This document shows, piece after piece, positions 50,382 through 60,793 of a stretch of DNA of 64,000 nucleotides. The stretch is from positions 1-64,000 of the forward strand of contig JABLTJ010000010.1 in NCBI GenBank assembly GCA_013166775.1, written 5' to 3'. How positions within the stretch are numbered: position 1 is the stretch's first letter; the number at the start of each line of letters is the position of its first letter. The notes under the pieces were generated by a model that had not been told where the DNA came from, searched no databases, and worked only from the letters and a program-made list of their open reading frames with translations. The position numbers and the translations under genes are program-made. This DNA comes from Promethearchaeati archaeon. GTDB lineage: Archaea > Asgardarchaeota > Heimdallarchaeia > Heimdallarchaeales > Heimdallarchaeaceae.

Positions 50382-50729
50382 ATCAAATTTTGTAGGAACT
50401 ATTGAAAATTAAGTAAGTATAGAGACGAAATCATTCCATTCAAAGTTGTCTTTCTAGATGTTTTGCTACTCTAATCTTATCGGAACCTTTTATTCCTTTC
50501 AGAAACTTATGCTCATTATTAAGTTCGCTGAATTCTTCTTTTTCATATTGGATTCTTCGCTGCGGGAAAATTCTGTATAAAAGTAAGATGATCTTTTCTT
50601 TTATTTCTCGCATTAGTATCAATATAACAATGCACATTCTTCTTATATAAACATAGCCTATTTTCAGAAACCTTAATATTTTATAAGTTTATTATTATTT
50701 AGTTCAGATTTGTAAAGGAGACAGAAATA

Positions 50730-51410
50730 GTGAGTTTTCGTCAAAAATTCCAAGATGCTTTCATGATCAAAAAAATACTGGTTGTTCATACAGAGAAATG
50801 TATTCCTATCTTTGAGATAGATCTAAGAAGTGAAATTGAAATAGATCCATCAATAATATGTGACGAATTAGAGACAGGAACTTTAACTCAGATGCAAGAA
50901 ACCCTTGGAACTACAGAGGTCTTCAGAATTCAGTATTATAGTTTTACAGTTTTAACTTCAATTTTAGGACCTTATTCTGTGTATCTATTTGCTGAAGCAG
51001 AAACAAGTCCGATTGTAGAAGCTGGTGTAAAAGAACTAGCAAAGTGGTTTAATATAATTATGGGATACGATGGTATTGAATGGAGCGGTTCTGAAGAGAT
51101 TCAAGAGTATTTCAAAGACAGTATAATAAAGAAAGTGATGGAATTATTTAGTATTTGGATGCTGTATCCTTTAGAGATTAATCGAGAAGCTATGAAAAGA
51201 ATCTTTGGAAGAAATGAATTACAAAGAAAAATAATGTCTTATTTTAAAGAAAAAAAGCAAATTACTTCCGTGAAACTACTCGACGAACTAATCAAGATAG
51301 CAGATGAAGAGGAAATACTAGCAAATATCTATGATTTAGTGGAGCAAGATTTCTTAAGAACTGGAACAACTGATGAATATACACAAACTTTCTTTGAATT
51401 GAAAAATTAA
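50730..51410 (+). CDS. Soluble longin-like + winged-helix protein (divergent paralog of the receptor tail)
   Basis: FQ...IKKILVVH...PIFE...DPSII...KWF...GYDG..W.GS; no TM. Confidence 0.75.
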   Translation: MSFRQKFQDAFMIKKILVVHTEKCIPIFEIDLRSEIEIDPSIICDELETGTLTQMQETLGTTEVFRIQYYSFTVLTSILGPYSVYLFAEAETSPIVEAGVKELAKWFNIIMGYDGIEWSGSEEIQEYFKDSIIKKVMELFSIWMLYPLEINREAMKRIFGRNELQRKIMSYFKEKKQITSVKLLDELIKIADEEEILANIYDLVEQDFLRTGTTDEYTQTFFELKN

Positions 51411-51751
51411 AACCAATAGTTCCTAGCTTCTTCCTTTTGCACAATCTCTTTAGAATTTTAGAGAAATACTTTAATGATTTAAATAAATATTTTAAAGAGA
51501 TGTTATTGTAAACCTAGGATTTTATAGAAATTGAAAAATACAAAGATTCAAAAATCACTATAAGCTTTGAGATGATTGTTTGAAAGTGGATATGAGTTCT
51601 AATAAGAAGACAGTTTTCTTCAGATGCAGAGAAAATATAGAAACGATTGAAAAAACTCCATTCTACTGTATTTTCTTTGCCTTTAATTCATTCATTTATA
51701 TACAATAAAAATTTAAGTAAGATAATATAATAAAGCAGAATAAAGGGGAAT

Positions 51752-54700
51752 TTGATGACTCATTTTATGTTCAAAAATGAAATCATTTCAAAAATATTAA
51801 CTCTAATAATTATCTCATTATTGATACTTGTATATCTACCTCAAAATAGCATTCTAGATGACAATAAATCATTTTCCTCAGAGTTATTAGATAATTCAAA
51901 ACAAGAGGGATTTGAAAACTATGAGAACGATTATTTGAAAAATAGACCTTTTAGTTTTGCTTATACTCCAATAGATAATTTAACTGGAACTGGAGACAAT
52001 CTTGTAGTGACAGATGAATTAGCAGTTTCTCATTCTGTAAGCTTATCACTAACTTCAGGCAATGGATATTCTGATTCATATACAATATCCGGAATTTCAG
52101 GATTTACAAATCAAAATCTAGAATACGATTTATCTATTTCTTCAAGACGAGATGATTATATTATTCTTGAGTCAAGTATTGATAATAAAAATGCAGATTT
52201 AGATTCAAATCAAGTTAGAGTAGCACAAGGTTTTGAAGTTTATTGGGATTATGCTGTCTTTTATGGTGCAGATATTTACTTAGATGCAACTGGATCAACT
52301 TTAGGAAATGATCAGCTTGAATTGTTTGTAGTAAAAGCAGATGGTCTTGGACAACCAAATATGAGTGATATAAGAGCAATTGACTTAAATGGTCCTTATA
52401 ATTCCTCCAACACAATCCCTGCAAGCTCAACTGGTAATTATGCATATTACGATTTTACAAATATCTCCTTAAGTGGAAATGCCATACTTGAAAATGGAAA
52501 TTACTTCATAGTAGCTAATCTTTCATCCTATGATGTGTCAGCAGATAACTTCTTTTGGGTTGGAGAACAAGGCGGTTCTGAAACTTATCCTAACTACCTA
52601 CATGATGGTACTAGTTGGAGTCTTCCTAATGATGAAACAAGAGATTTAATTGTGGATTTGAAACCATCTTACTCAAACGGAACTTCACTTGTATTTACAG
52701 ATCCAACTGACGTATCCCTTCAAGATAATGCACAAGCAGTAACTTCACTCACACAGCAAATAACATCAACTGGTCTTCATACAATTACTAGTGATACTTC
52801 AATAGATATAAGCATGAATAATAGTTATCTATTCAGCAATGTTCTAAGTTGTATAGCGACCTATTACGCAGATAATTCCACATATCCCAATTATGATATT
52901 TCTTGGGAAATCATTTGGAATATCCCTCAAGTCGATCTCTTGTCTTACTCAAATCCAGTAAGGAACCACTACATCTTAGCTCCAAGCGATTGGAGTAATA
53001 CTGTTTTTTCACTTTCATTAAACGATATACCTATCACCGTATTAAGAAATTTAGCAGGTTACGAATGTGATATTCAAATTCTATATTCAGGAAGTGAATA
53101 TTTGGAGGGAGATTTCAAATTACAAACCTCGAGTCCTAATTATGTTACGAATACAGAGATTTCAGATGGTGTTCAAGTTACGAACGAATTTACTTTAGGT
53201 TATTGGACTACTGATACAATTGATGCATTCGGGCATGAAGGTTCATCGGTTTTTGTGGAAGTAGGAATAAACGATATTTTGCAGAGCGGTGGAATATTGA
53301 ATTTTACTCTATTTAACAGTGATGGGAATATCATTCCTTGGAAGAACTCCAGTTTATTACCAGCGAATCTTAATTATATAGATACATCATATTATTCAGG
53401 ACTTGGTTATTTCGATCCTGGAGAAAACGTTTTCAAACACAATATCTCTATTGATCCTTCAATAAGTGAGAGTGATAAAGAAGGACAATGGACCGCATTT
53501 GTCCTGTGGCAAAACGGAACTGAAGTAGGCTTATTTTCAAGTTCAATCGTTATAGGAAAACCAACTCTTGCTGAGTTTGCGTGGGAAGATACATTAGGTC
53601 AAAATGATATGACAAATGATACAATGATAGAATTAACTAGGATTAATGGACATGGGATACACATAGAAGTAGATTATTACAATATAAGCGATCCATTCTT
53701 CTCTGGAATTGGAACGCCAATCACTCATGCAATTGTTAATTATACTGCTAGCTGGGGAGATTCAGGATCACTTCCCTTTGTTGATACTCAATATGTTCTT
53801 GATATTATAACTGATGCACCCACTGGTGTCTATACAATAAACTTGATTGCTTCAGGACCTTTCCTAGAAACTCAATCAATTCAAATTTCAGTAAGAATAG
53901 TTCATCAGTTTGAAATATCACCTGTACGTAACAGTTATGCTGTAAACTATACGAATGAAGTTACAGCAATTTTCGAACTAAGGGATATTTCTTTTGGAAA
54001 TGTTCTTGTGGAACCAGATAGCATTGTCCTAAAATTCAATGGTTCAACTTTAAGCGTTGCTGATTATACTTATAGTTTTGATAATCAAAGGATAAAAATA
54101 ACAATAGATACAGGAGATATTCTAGGTTTATCATTAACTCCAGATAGTTATACATTACTAGTTTCCGCAATCAAAACGGATTTTGTCTCTGATTATGGCA
54201 TAGATACAGCAGTGGATAGTACAACGATTGTTGTAACAACTATTCATACACACATAGCGATTGAAGAAACAGTTACAGAAACAGATTCTAACAGTCAAAT
54301 ATCAGTAACTTTTAGATTTGTTGATTTAAACCATTCTGTTGATATAGAAGGTGCCTCAGTAGATGTAAGATTCGATATTGATGAAATAGAATTAGTTTCA
54401 TGGAATGAGAATAACGGGTTATATACTCTTTTAATCAGAATAAATGAACCCTCAATAGCTACATTAAATGTTTTTATTGACATTTACAAAACTGGTTATC
54501 AATCTCAGATGAATTTTCTTTTAAGTTCAGTTTCAATTAATCTCCCAACAAATGGCGGAGGAATACCCTTAGGGGTTCTAATTGGTATTATAGCTGGTAT
54601 CGCTGTTGTTATTTTAGCAACAGTAGGTTATTTTGTATTCAGGCGAAGAATGCAAGCTACAAAGGATGTTAGATTAAAGTCAAGATCTAGAGCAAGAGCA

Positions 54701-55327
54701 ATTTTCCAAAGTACTATGATGATCAAGAAAGTTATTGTAGTTCATCATGAAACCAGTCTCCCAATTTTCGAAAAGGATGTAGATAAAAATGCAATTGTTG
54801 ATCCATCAATTATAACAGGTGTACTGCAGGCTATCTCTTCTATTGGCACAGAAATGATAGGTGCCCCAACAGGTGTGAAAAAAATAGAATATTATGGTTT
54901 TGTCGTAACAAGTGCCTATAGTGGAGCTTACACAGTTTATGTGTTCTCTGAAACTGAAATAGAACCTGAATTTGAAACAGGTGTTGATAATATTGCAAGG
55001 TGGTTTGACTTAATTTTTGGTTATGATAGTGCTCAATGGGATGGTTCAATGGACATTTACAATGAATATAGAATCTCGATTGAGGAAAAAATTTCTGAAG
55101 AGTTATTTTTATGGATGCTATTTCCTATTCATGTTCCAGATAAAGAAATGGACTTAAATATTCTGAATCAAGTAGAAAAGGAAATCTTAGAAGCAATTAC
55201 TCAAAACGCAAATATGACTGTAATTAAATTAGTCGATCAGTTAGATAAATACGATAGTGAGGAAGTAATTTATCATCTTTTTAATCTTGTAGATTCTGAA
55301 CACATAATAACAAGCTATACAGATTAA
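51752..55327 (+). CDS. Large single-pass surface protein with cytoplasmic longin-like and winged-helix domains
   Basis: Full-length paralog of 46254 (QGF.V.WDYA.F.GADIYL, LGYWT, W.NGTEVG.FS); TM followed by RRR and the same cytoplasmic module. Confidence 0.8.
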   Translation: MMTHFMFKNEIISKILTLIIISLLILVYLPQNSILDDNKSFSSELLDNSKQEGFENYENDYLKNRPFSFAYTPIDNLTGTGDNLVVTDELAVSHSVSLSLTSGNGYSDSYTISGISGFTNQNLEYDLSISSRRDDYIILESSIDNKNADLDSNQVRVAQGFEVYWDYAVFYGADIYLDATGSTLGNDQLELFVVKADGLGQPNMSDIRAIDLNGPYNSSNTIPASSTGNYAYYDFTNISLSGNAILENGNYFIVANLSSYDVSADNFFWVGEQGGSETYPNYLHDGTSWSLPNDETRDLIVDLKPSYSNGTSLVFTDPTDVSLQDNAQAVTSLTQQITSTGLHTITSDTSIDISMNNSYLFSNVLSCIATYYADNSTYPNYDISWEIIWNIPQVDLLSYSNPVRNHYILAPSDWSNTVFSLSLNDIPITVLRNLAGYECDIQILYSGSEYLEGDFKLQTSSPNYVTNTEISDGVQVTNEFTLGYWTTDTIDAFGHEGSSVFVEVGINDILQSGGILNFTLFNSDGNIIPWKNSSLLPANLNYIDTSYYSGLGYFDPGENVFKHNISIDPSISESDKEGQWTAFVLWQNGTEVGLFSSSIVIGKPTLAEFAWEDTLGQNDMTNDTMIELTRINGHGIHIEVDYYNISDPFFSGIGTPITHAIVNYTASWGDSGSLPFVDTQYVLDIITDAPTGVYTINLIASGPFLETQSIQISVRIVHQFEISPVRNSYAVNYTNEVTAIFELRDISFGNVLVEPDSIVLKFNGSTLSVADYTYSFDNQRIKITIDTGDILGLSLTPDSYTLLVSAIKTDFVSDYGIDTAVDSTTIVVTTIHTHIAIEETVTETDSNSQISVTFRFVDLNHSVDIEGASVDVRFDIDEIELVSWNENNGLYTLLIRINEPSIATLNVFIDIYKTGYQSQMNFLLSSVSINLPTNGGGIPLGVLIGIIAGIAVVILATVGYFVFRRRMQATKDVRLKSRSRARAIFQSTMMIKKVIVVHHETSLPIFEKDVDKNAIVDPSIITGVLQAISSIGTEMIGAPTGVKKIEYYGFVVTSAYSGAYTVYVFSETEIEPEFETGVDNIARWFDLIFGYDSAQWDGSMDIYNEYRISIEEKISEELFLWMLFPIHVPDKEMDLNILNQVEKEILEAITQNANMTVIKLVDQLDKYDSEEVIYHLFNLVDSEHIITSYTD

Positions 55328-55493
55328 TATATCTGTTAGATTAAAACAAGTTCTGAACTACATCAAATCTGTGAAGATTCTATGAAAAAACTAATTTCAT
55401 GTTTTGTCAAAAACACTTATATTTGGTTTTGTAGAGACTATACTGGGTTAGAGAAAACTGGGGTTAAAATGTAACTGATAAACAATACATTCA

Positions 55494-56204
55494 GTGATGG
55501 AACATAGATTTAAGGGGATTTTCTTGGTGGTAGAAGAAATATCAATTTCTAAATGGAAAGGGAAAGCAAGGGAAATCTTTCAGAGTGTGTTCATGATAAG
55601 AAAGATAATTGTCGTACATCATGAAACTAGTTTACCCGTTTTTGAGCAAGATTTCTACGAAAATTCAAATATTGATTCTTCAATTGTGACAGGTGTTCTA
55701 CAAGCTGTTTCCTCAATTGGAAGGGAAATTACAGGCTCTCCTACAAGTATCAAGAAGATAGAATTCCATGGGTTTGTAGTGACAAATGCATATAGTGGTG
55801 ACTATACTGTTTATCTGTTCTCTGAAAGAAGTATTCATGAAGCATTAGCAGATGGAGTACAGCATATCGCCAAGTGGTTCGATGTGATTTTTGGTCATGA
55901 TGGGGCACAATGGGATGGTTCAATGGATCTGTTCAATGAATACAAAGTTACTATAAGAGAAAAAATTTGCAAGGAATTATTTCTATGGTTTCTCTATCCA
56001 ATACATATTTCTGATTTAGATCCTGAACAAATAAAACCTCTTAGACCAATTGAAAAAGATATTATATCGTTAATTAAATCAAGAGAAAGAGCAACTACTA
56101 TGATATTGATGGATCAACTAAATAGTTACACAAATGGAGAGCTTCTTGAAGCTTTAGTACAACTAGTAAAATCCAATATAATCTTAACAAACTTTTGTGA
56201 TTAA
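55494..56204 (+). CDS. Soluble longin-like + winged-helix protein (close paralog of the 51752 tail)
   Basis: AREIFQS...VVHHETSLP...TGVLQA.SSIG.E...WDGSMD; no TM. Confidence 0.78.
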   Translation: MMEHRFKGIFLVVEEISISKWKGKAREIFQSVFMIRKIIVVHHETSLPVFEQDFYENSNIDSSIVTGVLQAVSSIGREITGSPTSIKKIEFHGFVVTNAYSGDYTVYLFSERSIHEALADGVQHIAKWFDVIFGHDGAQWDGSMDLFNEYKVTIREKICKELFLWFLYPIHISDLDPEQIKPLRPIEKDIISLIKSRERATTMILMDQLNSYTNGELLEALVQLVKSNIILTNFCD

Positions 56205-56269
56205 TTTAAGTCCAATAAATTAATAAGCTTATTATAATAGAATAAGATAACATTTCATAAGGTTGTTTT

Positions 56270-56608
56270 ATGGAAAAAATGTTATTTGTAATATGGACAG
56301 CAAACAAAGGAATATTCACACATGTGATGATGAATGTTTTAGATTTTAAAGAAAAGGGATATGAAGTCGGTGTAGTTTTTGAGAGTGACGGATGCAAGCA
56401 TATTAGTGAATTTGAAAGCAATACTAACGAAAAATTCGAGAAAATGAAAGAATTGAAATTGATTTTTTCAGTGTGTAAAGCTTGTGCTAAAGGAATGGGT
56501 GCATTAGATTCAGCAAAAAGACAAAACTTACCAATTCATGATGATTTATGGGGACATACTCCTTTGGAAAAATGGGTTGCAGAAGGATTCAAGATAGTAT
56601 CAGTTTAG
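56270..56608 (+). CDS. DsrE-family protein
   Basis: H...N, VVFE, VCKACA, GH. Confidence 0.75.
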   Translation: MEKMLFVIWTANKGIFTHVMMNVLDFKEKGYEVGVVFESDGCKHISEFESNTNEKFEKMKELKLIFSVCKACAKGMGALDSAKRQNLPIHDDLWGHTPLEKWVAEGFKIVSV

Positions 56609-56632
56609 AACAGTAAAAATGTTAGAACTAAT

Positions 56633-57589
56633 TTATCCTTTTACTAAGACTAGTACAACTCCAGCAATAGTCATAAAGACCCCAAACAAGCCGATAAGAC
56701 TTGTTCTTTCTTTGTTCAAGAACCAAGTTACAGGTAATGCAAATAAAGGACTTGCAGCTGCAATTAAAGACATAAGCTCAGCTCCTGCTGATCTTGCTCC
56801 TTCTGCATAGAAAAATGCTCCAAGTGATGTGCCTATGATTGAAGCTACTATCAACCACACCCACGATTTTTTTGACCATTGACCAATTTGAACATAAGGT
56901 TTTCTCCATGCCATTAATAATAATAAAATAGCAGCAATTGGAAATCTTGCAGCATTACCAATTAAACTACTCGCTGTTTCAGTGTTAAGTAAATCTGCTA
57001 TATCATTTAGAACCCAATCTATTAGAACAACTCCTATCGCCCAACTAATAGCAGCGAGTAAGCCAGCAATAACAGCTAACCATGTTGTTTTTTTTGAGAT
57101 ATTTTTCGTATCCTCTTCGATTTGTTCTTCATTATTTTCCTGTTCAAGTTTTTTGAGATTCTGTTCTTGACTTATAGCTATTAGTAAAACTCCACAAATT
57201 ATCAAAAACGCAGAAATATAGAAAATATAGTGAATTTCTGAATGTAAAATGATTACTGAAAATAAGAATGTAAAAAGTGGAAAAGTCATTGAAATTGCTA
57301 GAGCTTTTGTAGTTCCTAGAGTTTTTTGAGCTTGAAAATAAAATGTGTCCCCTAATACTTGAGCACAAATTATGCTAGCAATAAGAAGTAACCAAATCTT
57401 ATATGAGAATGTAAAAATTTCTACGAAGAATCCCATTATAGCTACAGCTATTACAAAAGTTATTGCACCAATTGTTGTTCTTACTGCATTAATTTGTAAT
57501 GGTGATGCAATTTTTTCCACTTTTCTAATCATGGAATTGGAAGTAGCAAAACACACTACTGCTAGTACTGCAAAGATTCTTCCATCCAT
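56633..57589 (-). CDS. DMT/EamA family transporter
   Basis: Two 5-TM repeats; PLF...L.E motif in each. Confidence 0.9.
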   Translation of the reverse strand: MDGRIFAVLAVVCFATSNSMIRKVEKIASPLQINAVRTTIGAITFVIAVAIMGFFVEIFTFSYKIWLLLIASIICAQVLGDTFYFQAQKTLGTTKALAISMTFPLFTFLFSVIILHSEIHYIFYISAFLIICGVLLIAISQEQNLKKLEQENNEEQIEEDTKNISKKTTWLAVIAGLLAAISWAIGVVLIDWVLNDIADLLNTETASSLIGNAARFPIAAILLLLMAWRKPYVQIGQWSKKSWVWLIVASIIGTSLGAFFYAEGARSAGAELMSLIAAASPLFALPVTWFLNKERTSLIGLFGVFMTIAGVVLVLVKG

Positions 57590-57636
57590 AAGAAATGCAC
57601 TTTACTCGTAGTACTTGACTATTTTGGTGTATGTGG

Positions 57637-57900
57637 TTACTTTCTTGTTATTTTGAAAACAACTGGATTCTTATAATCAGGACAGCAGATAGTTACGCTT
57701 TCAGAGTCTTCTTCCCAAGGAAAACTTGATCCAATCCTTATTCCCAAAGCATATGGATAAATGGTATGAAAAGCAGCAGCACAAATTTGTCCTCTCTCTT
57801 CTGGGTATTTATACTTATCACCAATTTTATGACCAAAAGGACATGTACCAGCTTCCAATATTTTAACAACTTCAATCTCAACTTCGTTATCAATACTCAT
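57637..57900 (-). CDS. TIGR04076-family small Cys protein
   Basis: CPFGHKIGD, IC..AF, CCPD..NPVVFKI. Confidence 0.85.
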   Translation of the reverse strand: MSIDNEVEIEVVKILEAGTCPFGHKIGDKYKYPEERGQICAAAFHTIYPYALGIRIGSSFPWEEDSESVTICCPDYKNPVVFKITRK

Positions 57901-57932
57901 GATTTCACAATCCTAATAAGGTAAACAAACTA

Positions 57933-58427
57933 TTATTTTTTTACCCCATAAAGTTTTTCTCTAATTTTTTTATCAGTCCAACCTGTAGCTCTTTTGAAAA
58001 TCCAAATAACCTGACCTAGATGATTGCTTTCATGATTGAGAAGACCAGCAATTGCTCTCTTTCTAGGACGTTTCCCGAAACCAGTATCAAGTATTTCTTC
58101 TTGTTGTTCATCAGTCATCTTTTCGATTCCTTCTTTAATTGCATCAGATATTCTGTGAAATTCTTTTACTAAATCTTCTAAAGAAACAGTATTATCAGGC
58201 AAAGTTCCATACTCAAATCCTAATTTTGTTTCTTCAAATCCAGCATTTGGCACAAGATTTTTGAACCAATTGAGAACGGAAATTAAATGACGGAAGATTA
58301 ACTCAGGAGACCAAGTGTCCTCACTGTAATTCTTGTGAAAAACTTCCTCTGGAACAAGTTTAAAAAGTTCTAAATGCTCGTTGCGATCCTCTTCAATTAA
58401 TCTATAGTAATCAGCTAATGTGAACAT
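57933..58427 (-). CDS. DinB family protein
   Basis: WS...H and HESNHLGQ. Confidence 0.85.
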   Translation of the reverse strand: MFTLADYYRLIEEDRNEHLELFKLVPEEVFHKNYSEDTWSPELIFRHLISVLNWFKNLVPNAGFEETKLGFEYGTLPDNTVSLEDLVKEFHRISDAIKEGIEKMTDEQQEEILDTGFGKRPRKRAIAGLLNHESNHLGQVIWIFKRATGWTDKKIREKLYGVKK

Positions 58428-58474
58428 ATCTTAAGAGAAAGATATCAGTTTATAAACTTGATTGCGATAATATA

Positions 58475-59734
58475 TCACTTGAATTGAAACCAGAACCAGA
58501 AACACCAATATAAGATGATTAAAACAGCTCCAATAGCACTTGGAATTCTTTTTTTACCTTCAAGAAGTTTAATTGCAGAGATATTGACAGCTCCAAATAT
58601 TCCCATAAAGATTATACTTGCAATTGTTGCTACAATCCTGATATCAAAGAAAACAACAAAAAGCATACTAATGATTCCAGATAATATAATAGCTCTAGCA
58701 GGAACTCTAGTTTTTGGATTTATTTTTGAGATCGCAACAGGAATAACTTTCTCATGTGAAAGCATATAGGAGAGTCTAGAAGATCCTAATAAGGTTGCAT
58801 TAATCGCTGAAGCTGCTGAAACTATCGCTGCTATGGCCATAATCCATTTTCCAGCTGATCCTAGAAAGACACTTGCTGAGACAGTGAGAATAACTTCCCC
58901 GTATGATTCTAAGTCAGAACTCCACCCTAGAACCCCTACAGTAACTATTGCTACTGCAACGTAGATAATTAAAACAACTATTATGGAAAAATACATACCA
59001 ATTGGTAGATCCTTCTTAGGATTCTTCATCTCTTCAACAGAATTAGATAGAATTTCGAAACCCTCCATAGAAACAAAAATCAAAACAGAACTTGCGACTA
59101 GTGAATAACCATCTCTTATGAAGAATGGATCTGTGAAATTATCCCTTTTAATTGCAAAAATTCCTACTAGTATGTATAAAATAAGAATAGAAACTTTCAC
59201 TAAAACGAGAATATTTTGAGTCCTACTTGATTCTTTGATTCCTATCAAATTTAATCCAATAAAAAGGACTACACTTAGTAATTGAAAGAAAAACGCAGAA
59301 GCTGATACTTGATAGAAGAACAAATCAAGTGTTCTATCTCCAAAGATTTTCCAAACCTCCCCCAAATACCAACCAAAAGTCATTGCATACAAACTAACAG
59401 AAAAACTATAACCAAACCATAAAATGATACCTATAACACCAGACAAAGATTTTGATTTAAAAGCTTCACGGACATAAATAAAAGCCCCTCCAGCTCTTGG
59501 GTGTTTTAAAGCAAGGTGAACATAGCTATATGCTGTAAAAGCACTTACGATTCCTGCTAAGAGAAAAGCTAAAAACGCTCCGGGACCTGTATCTGCTATA
59601 ACAATTCCCAAAACACTGAAAACTCCACCACCAATAAGTGCACCTATAGCTATCCCTAGTGCTTCTTTTAATCCCAATTCCTTTGAAAGCTCAACAATAT
59701 CTGAGCTTCCATTATTATCTTTATCGTTTGACAT
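58475..59734 (-). CDS. APC-superfamily amino-acid permease
   Basis: IGGGVF, P.AGGAF.Y, GFE..., EE.KNP. Confidence 0.92.
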   Translation of the reverse strand: MSNDKDNNGSSDIVELSKELGLKEALGIAIGALIGGGVFSVLGIVIADTGPGAFLAFLLAGIVSAFTAYSYVHLALKHPRAGGAFIYVREAFKSKSLSGVIGIILWFGYSFSVSLYAMTFGWYLGEVWKIFGDRTLDLFFYQVSASAFFFQLLSVVLFIGLNLIGIKESSRTQNILVLVKVSILILYILVGIFAIKRDNFTDPFFIRDGYSLVASSVLIFVSMEGFEILSNSVEEMKNPKKDLPIGMYFSIIVVLIIYVAVAIVTVGVLGWSSDLESYGEVILTVSASVFLGSAGKWIMAIAAIVSAASAINATLLGSSRLSYMLSHEKVIPVAISKINPKTRVPARAIILSGIISMLFVVFFDIRIVATIASIIFMGIFGAVNISAIKLLEGKKRIPSAIGAVLIILYWCFWFWFQFK

Positions 59735-59832
59735 TGGTACCCCATTGGCTGAACAAATTAAAGCAAAAAATTTATAATTCTTGTTATTTAGTCAATATAA
59801 TTCTTTTTCTGAGTCTATATATCTAAAATAGC

Positions 59833-60753
59833 TTAGGGCAAAGAAACTACAACAAAGTAGTAAATAAATAACGCAACCACTGAAGCAAAAAGACTCCAGT
59901 GAACCTTCCTATTCCATGAAGACAAGTATCTACCATGAAGAATACCAAATGGAATAAGTAGAACTACTGCCAAGAAAAGCATAAAGAAAGGTATGTTTGC
60001 TAACCCATCTAATATATTGTGATTAATAGAACTAAATCCTAAAAGTGAAATAATAATTACTTCCCAAATTAGAATCCAAACGATACCTACCATAGCTGTA
60101 ATCCCTTTCTTCTTATCCTCCATCTCTGTTGTTCTAAAGGTTAGAAAAGTTGGGATCATGGTAAAAGGAATGAAAATCCCTATCAGTGAAATAACTGCTC
60201 CTTGCACCCATATTATATTCGTTGCACCAATTTTCTGTCTTCTAGCAGCAATATGCTGAGCTAACATATGCCCCCCAAAAACAATAAGTGTGGAAATGAA
60301 AGTTGTTAGGAGTTTCCATAGATAATCAGATGATAATGGAATTCCTTGCCAAAGACGAAAATCAAACAATTCATTCAGAGACAATACAATTCCTACAAAG
60401 ACAGAAATTACCAAAACATTGTAAATATTCCTGCTAAAACTATACAACGTGAAAAAAGAAGATCTCGTTATAAATCTATCTTGAGGTTCAACATAGACTG
60501 ATTTCTGCTCAATATCACGAGGAGAATAATACTGCTTTTGTTTTCTACTTACCTTTTCTTTCTTTTCAGTAGCTTTGGGAATAACAGGACTAACCTTTGC
60601 TTTTCTATATTCATCAGTTTGATACATTCCTATCCTTGGACAATCATGCTGCTCTGGTAGTCTATGTTTTGCACAATATGATTGATTACAAAGTTTACAT
60701 TTAAAGGGTAAACTTTCTTCCTCTTTACAATCAGGATAAGAGCAGTTTTTCAT
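59833..60753 (-). CDS. AN1-type zinc finger fused to a membrane (M50-like) domain
   Basis: C..PDC...LPFKCKLC...YC.KHRLPE.H.C; ~6 TM with GHMLAQH and LLIPFGILHG. Confidence 0.8.
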   Translation of the reverse strand: MKNCSYPDCKEEESLPFKCKLCNQSYCAKHRLPEQHDCPRIGMYQTDEYRKAKVSPVIPKATEKKEKVSRKQKQYYSPRDIEQKSVYVEPQDRFITRSSFFTLYSFSRNIYNVLVISVFVGIVLSLNELFDFRLWQGIPLSSDYLWKLLTTFISTLIVFGGHMLAQHIAARRQKIGATNIIWVQGAVISLIGIFIPFTMIPTFLTFRTTEMEDKKKGITAMVGIVWILIWEVIIISLLGFSSINHNILDGLANIPFFMLFLAVVLLIPFGILHGRYLSSWNRKVHWSLFASVVALFIYYFVVVSLP

Positions 60754-60793
60754 TATTATACAAGGATTCTCATATACACTTAAAGAATTTGCT

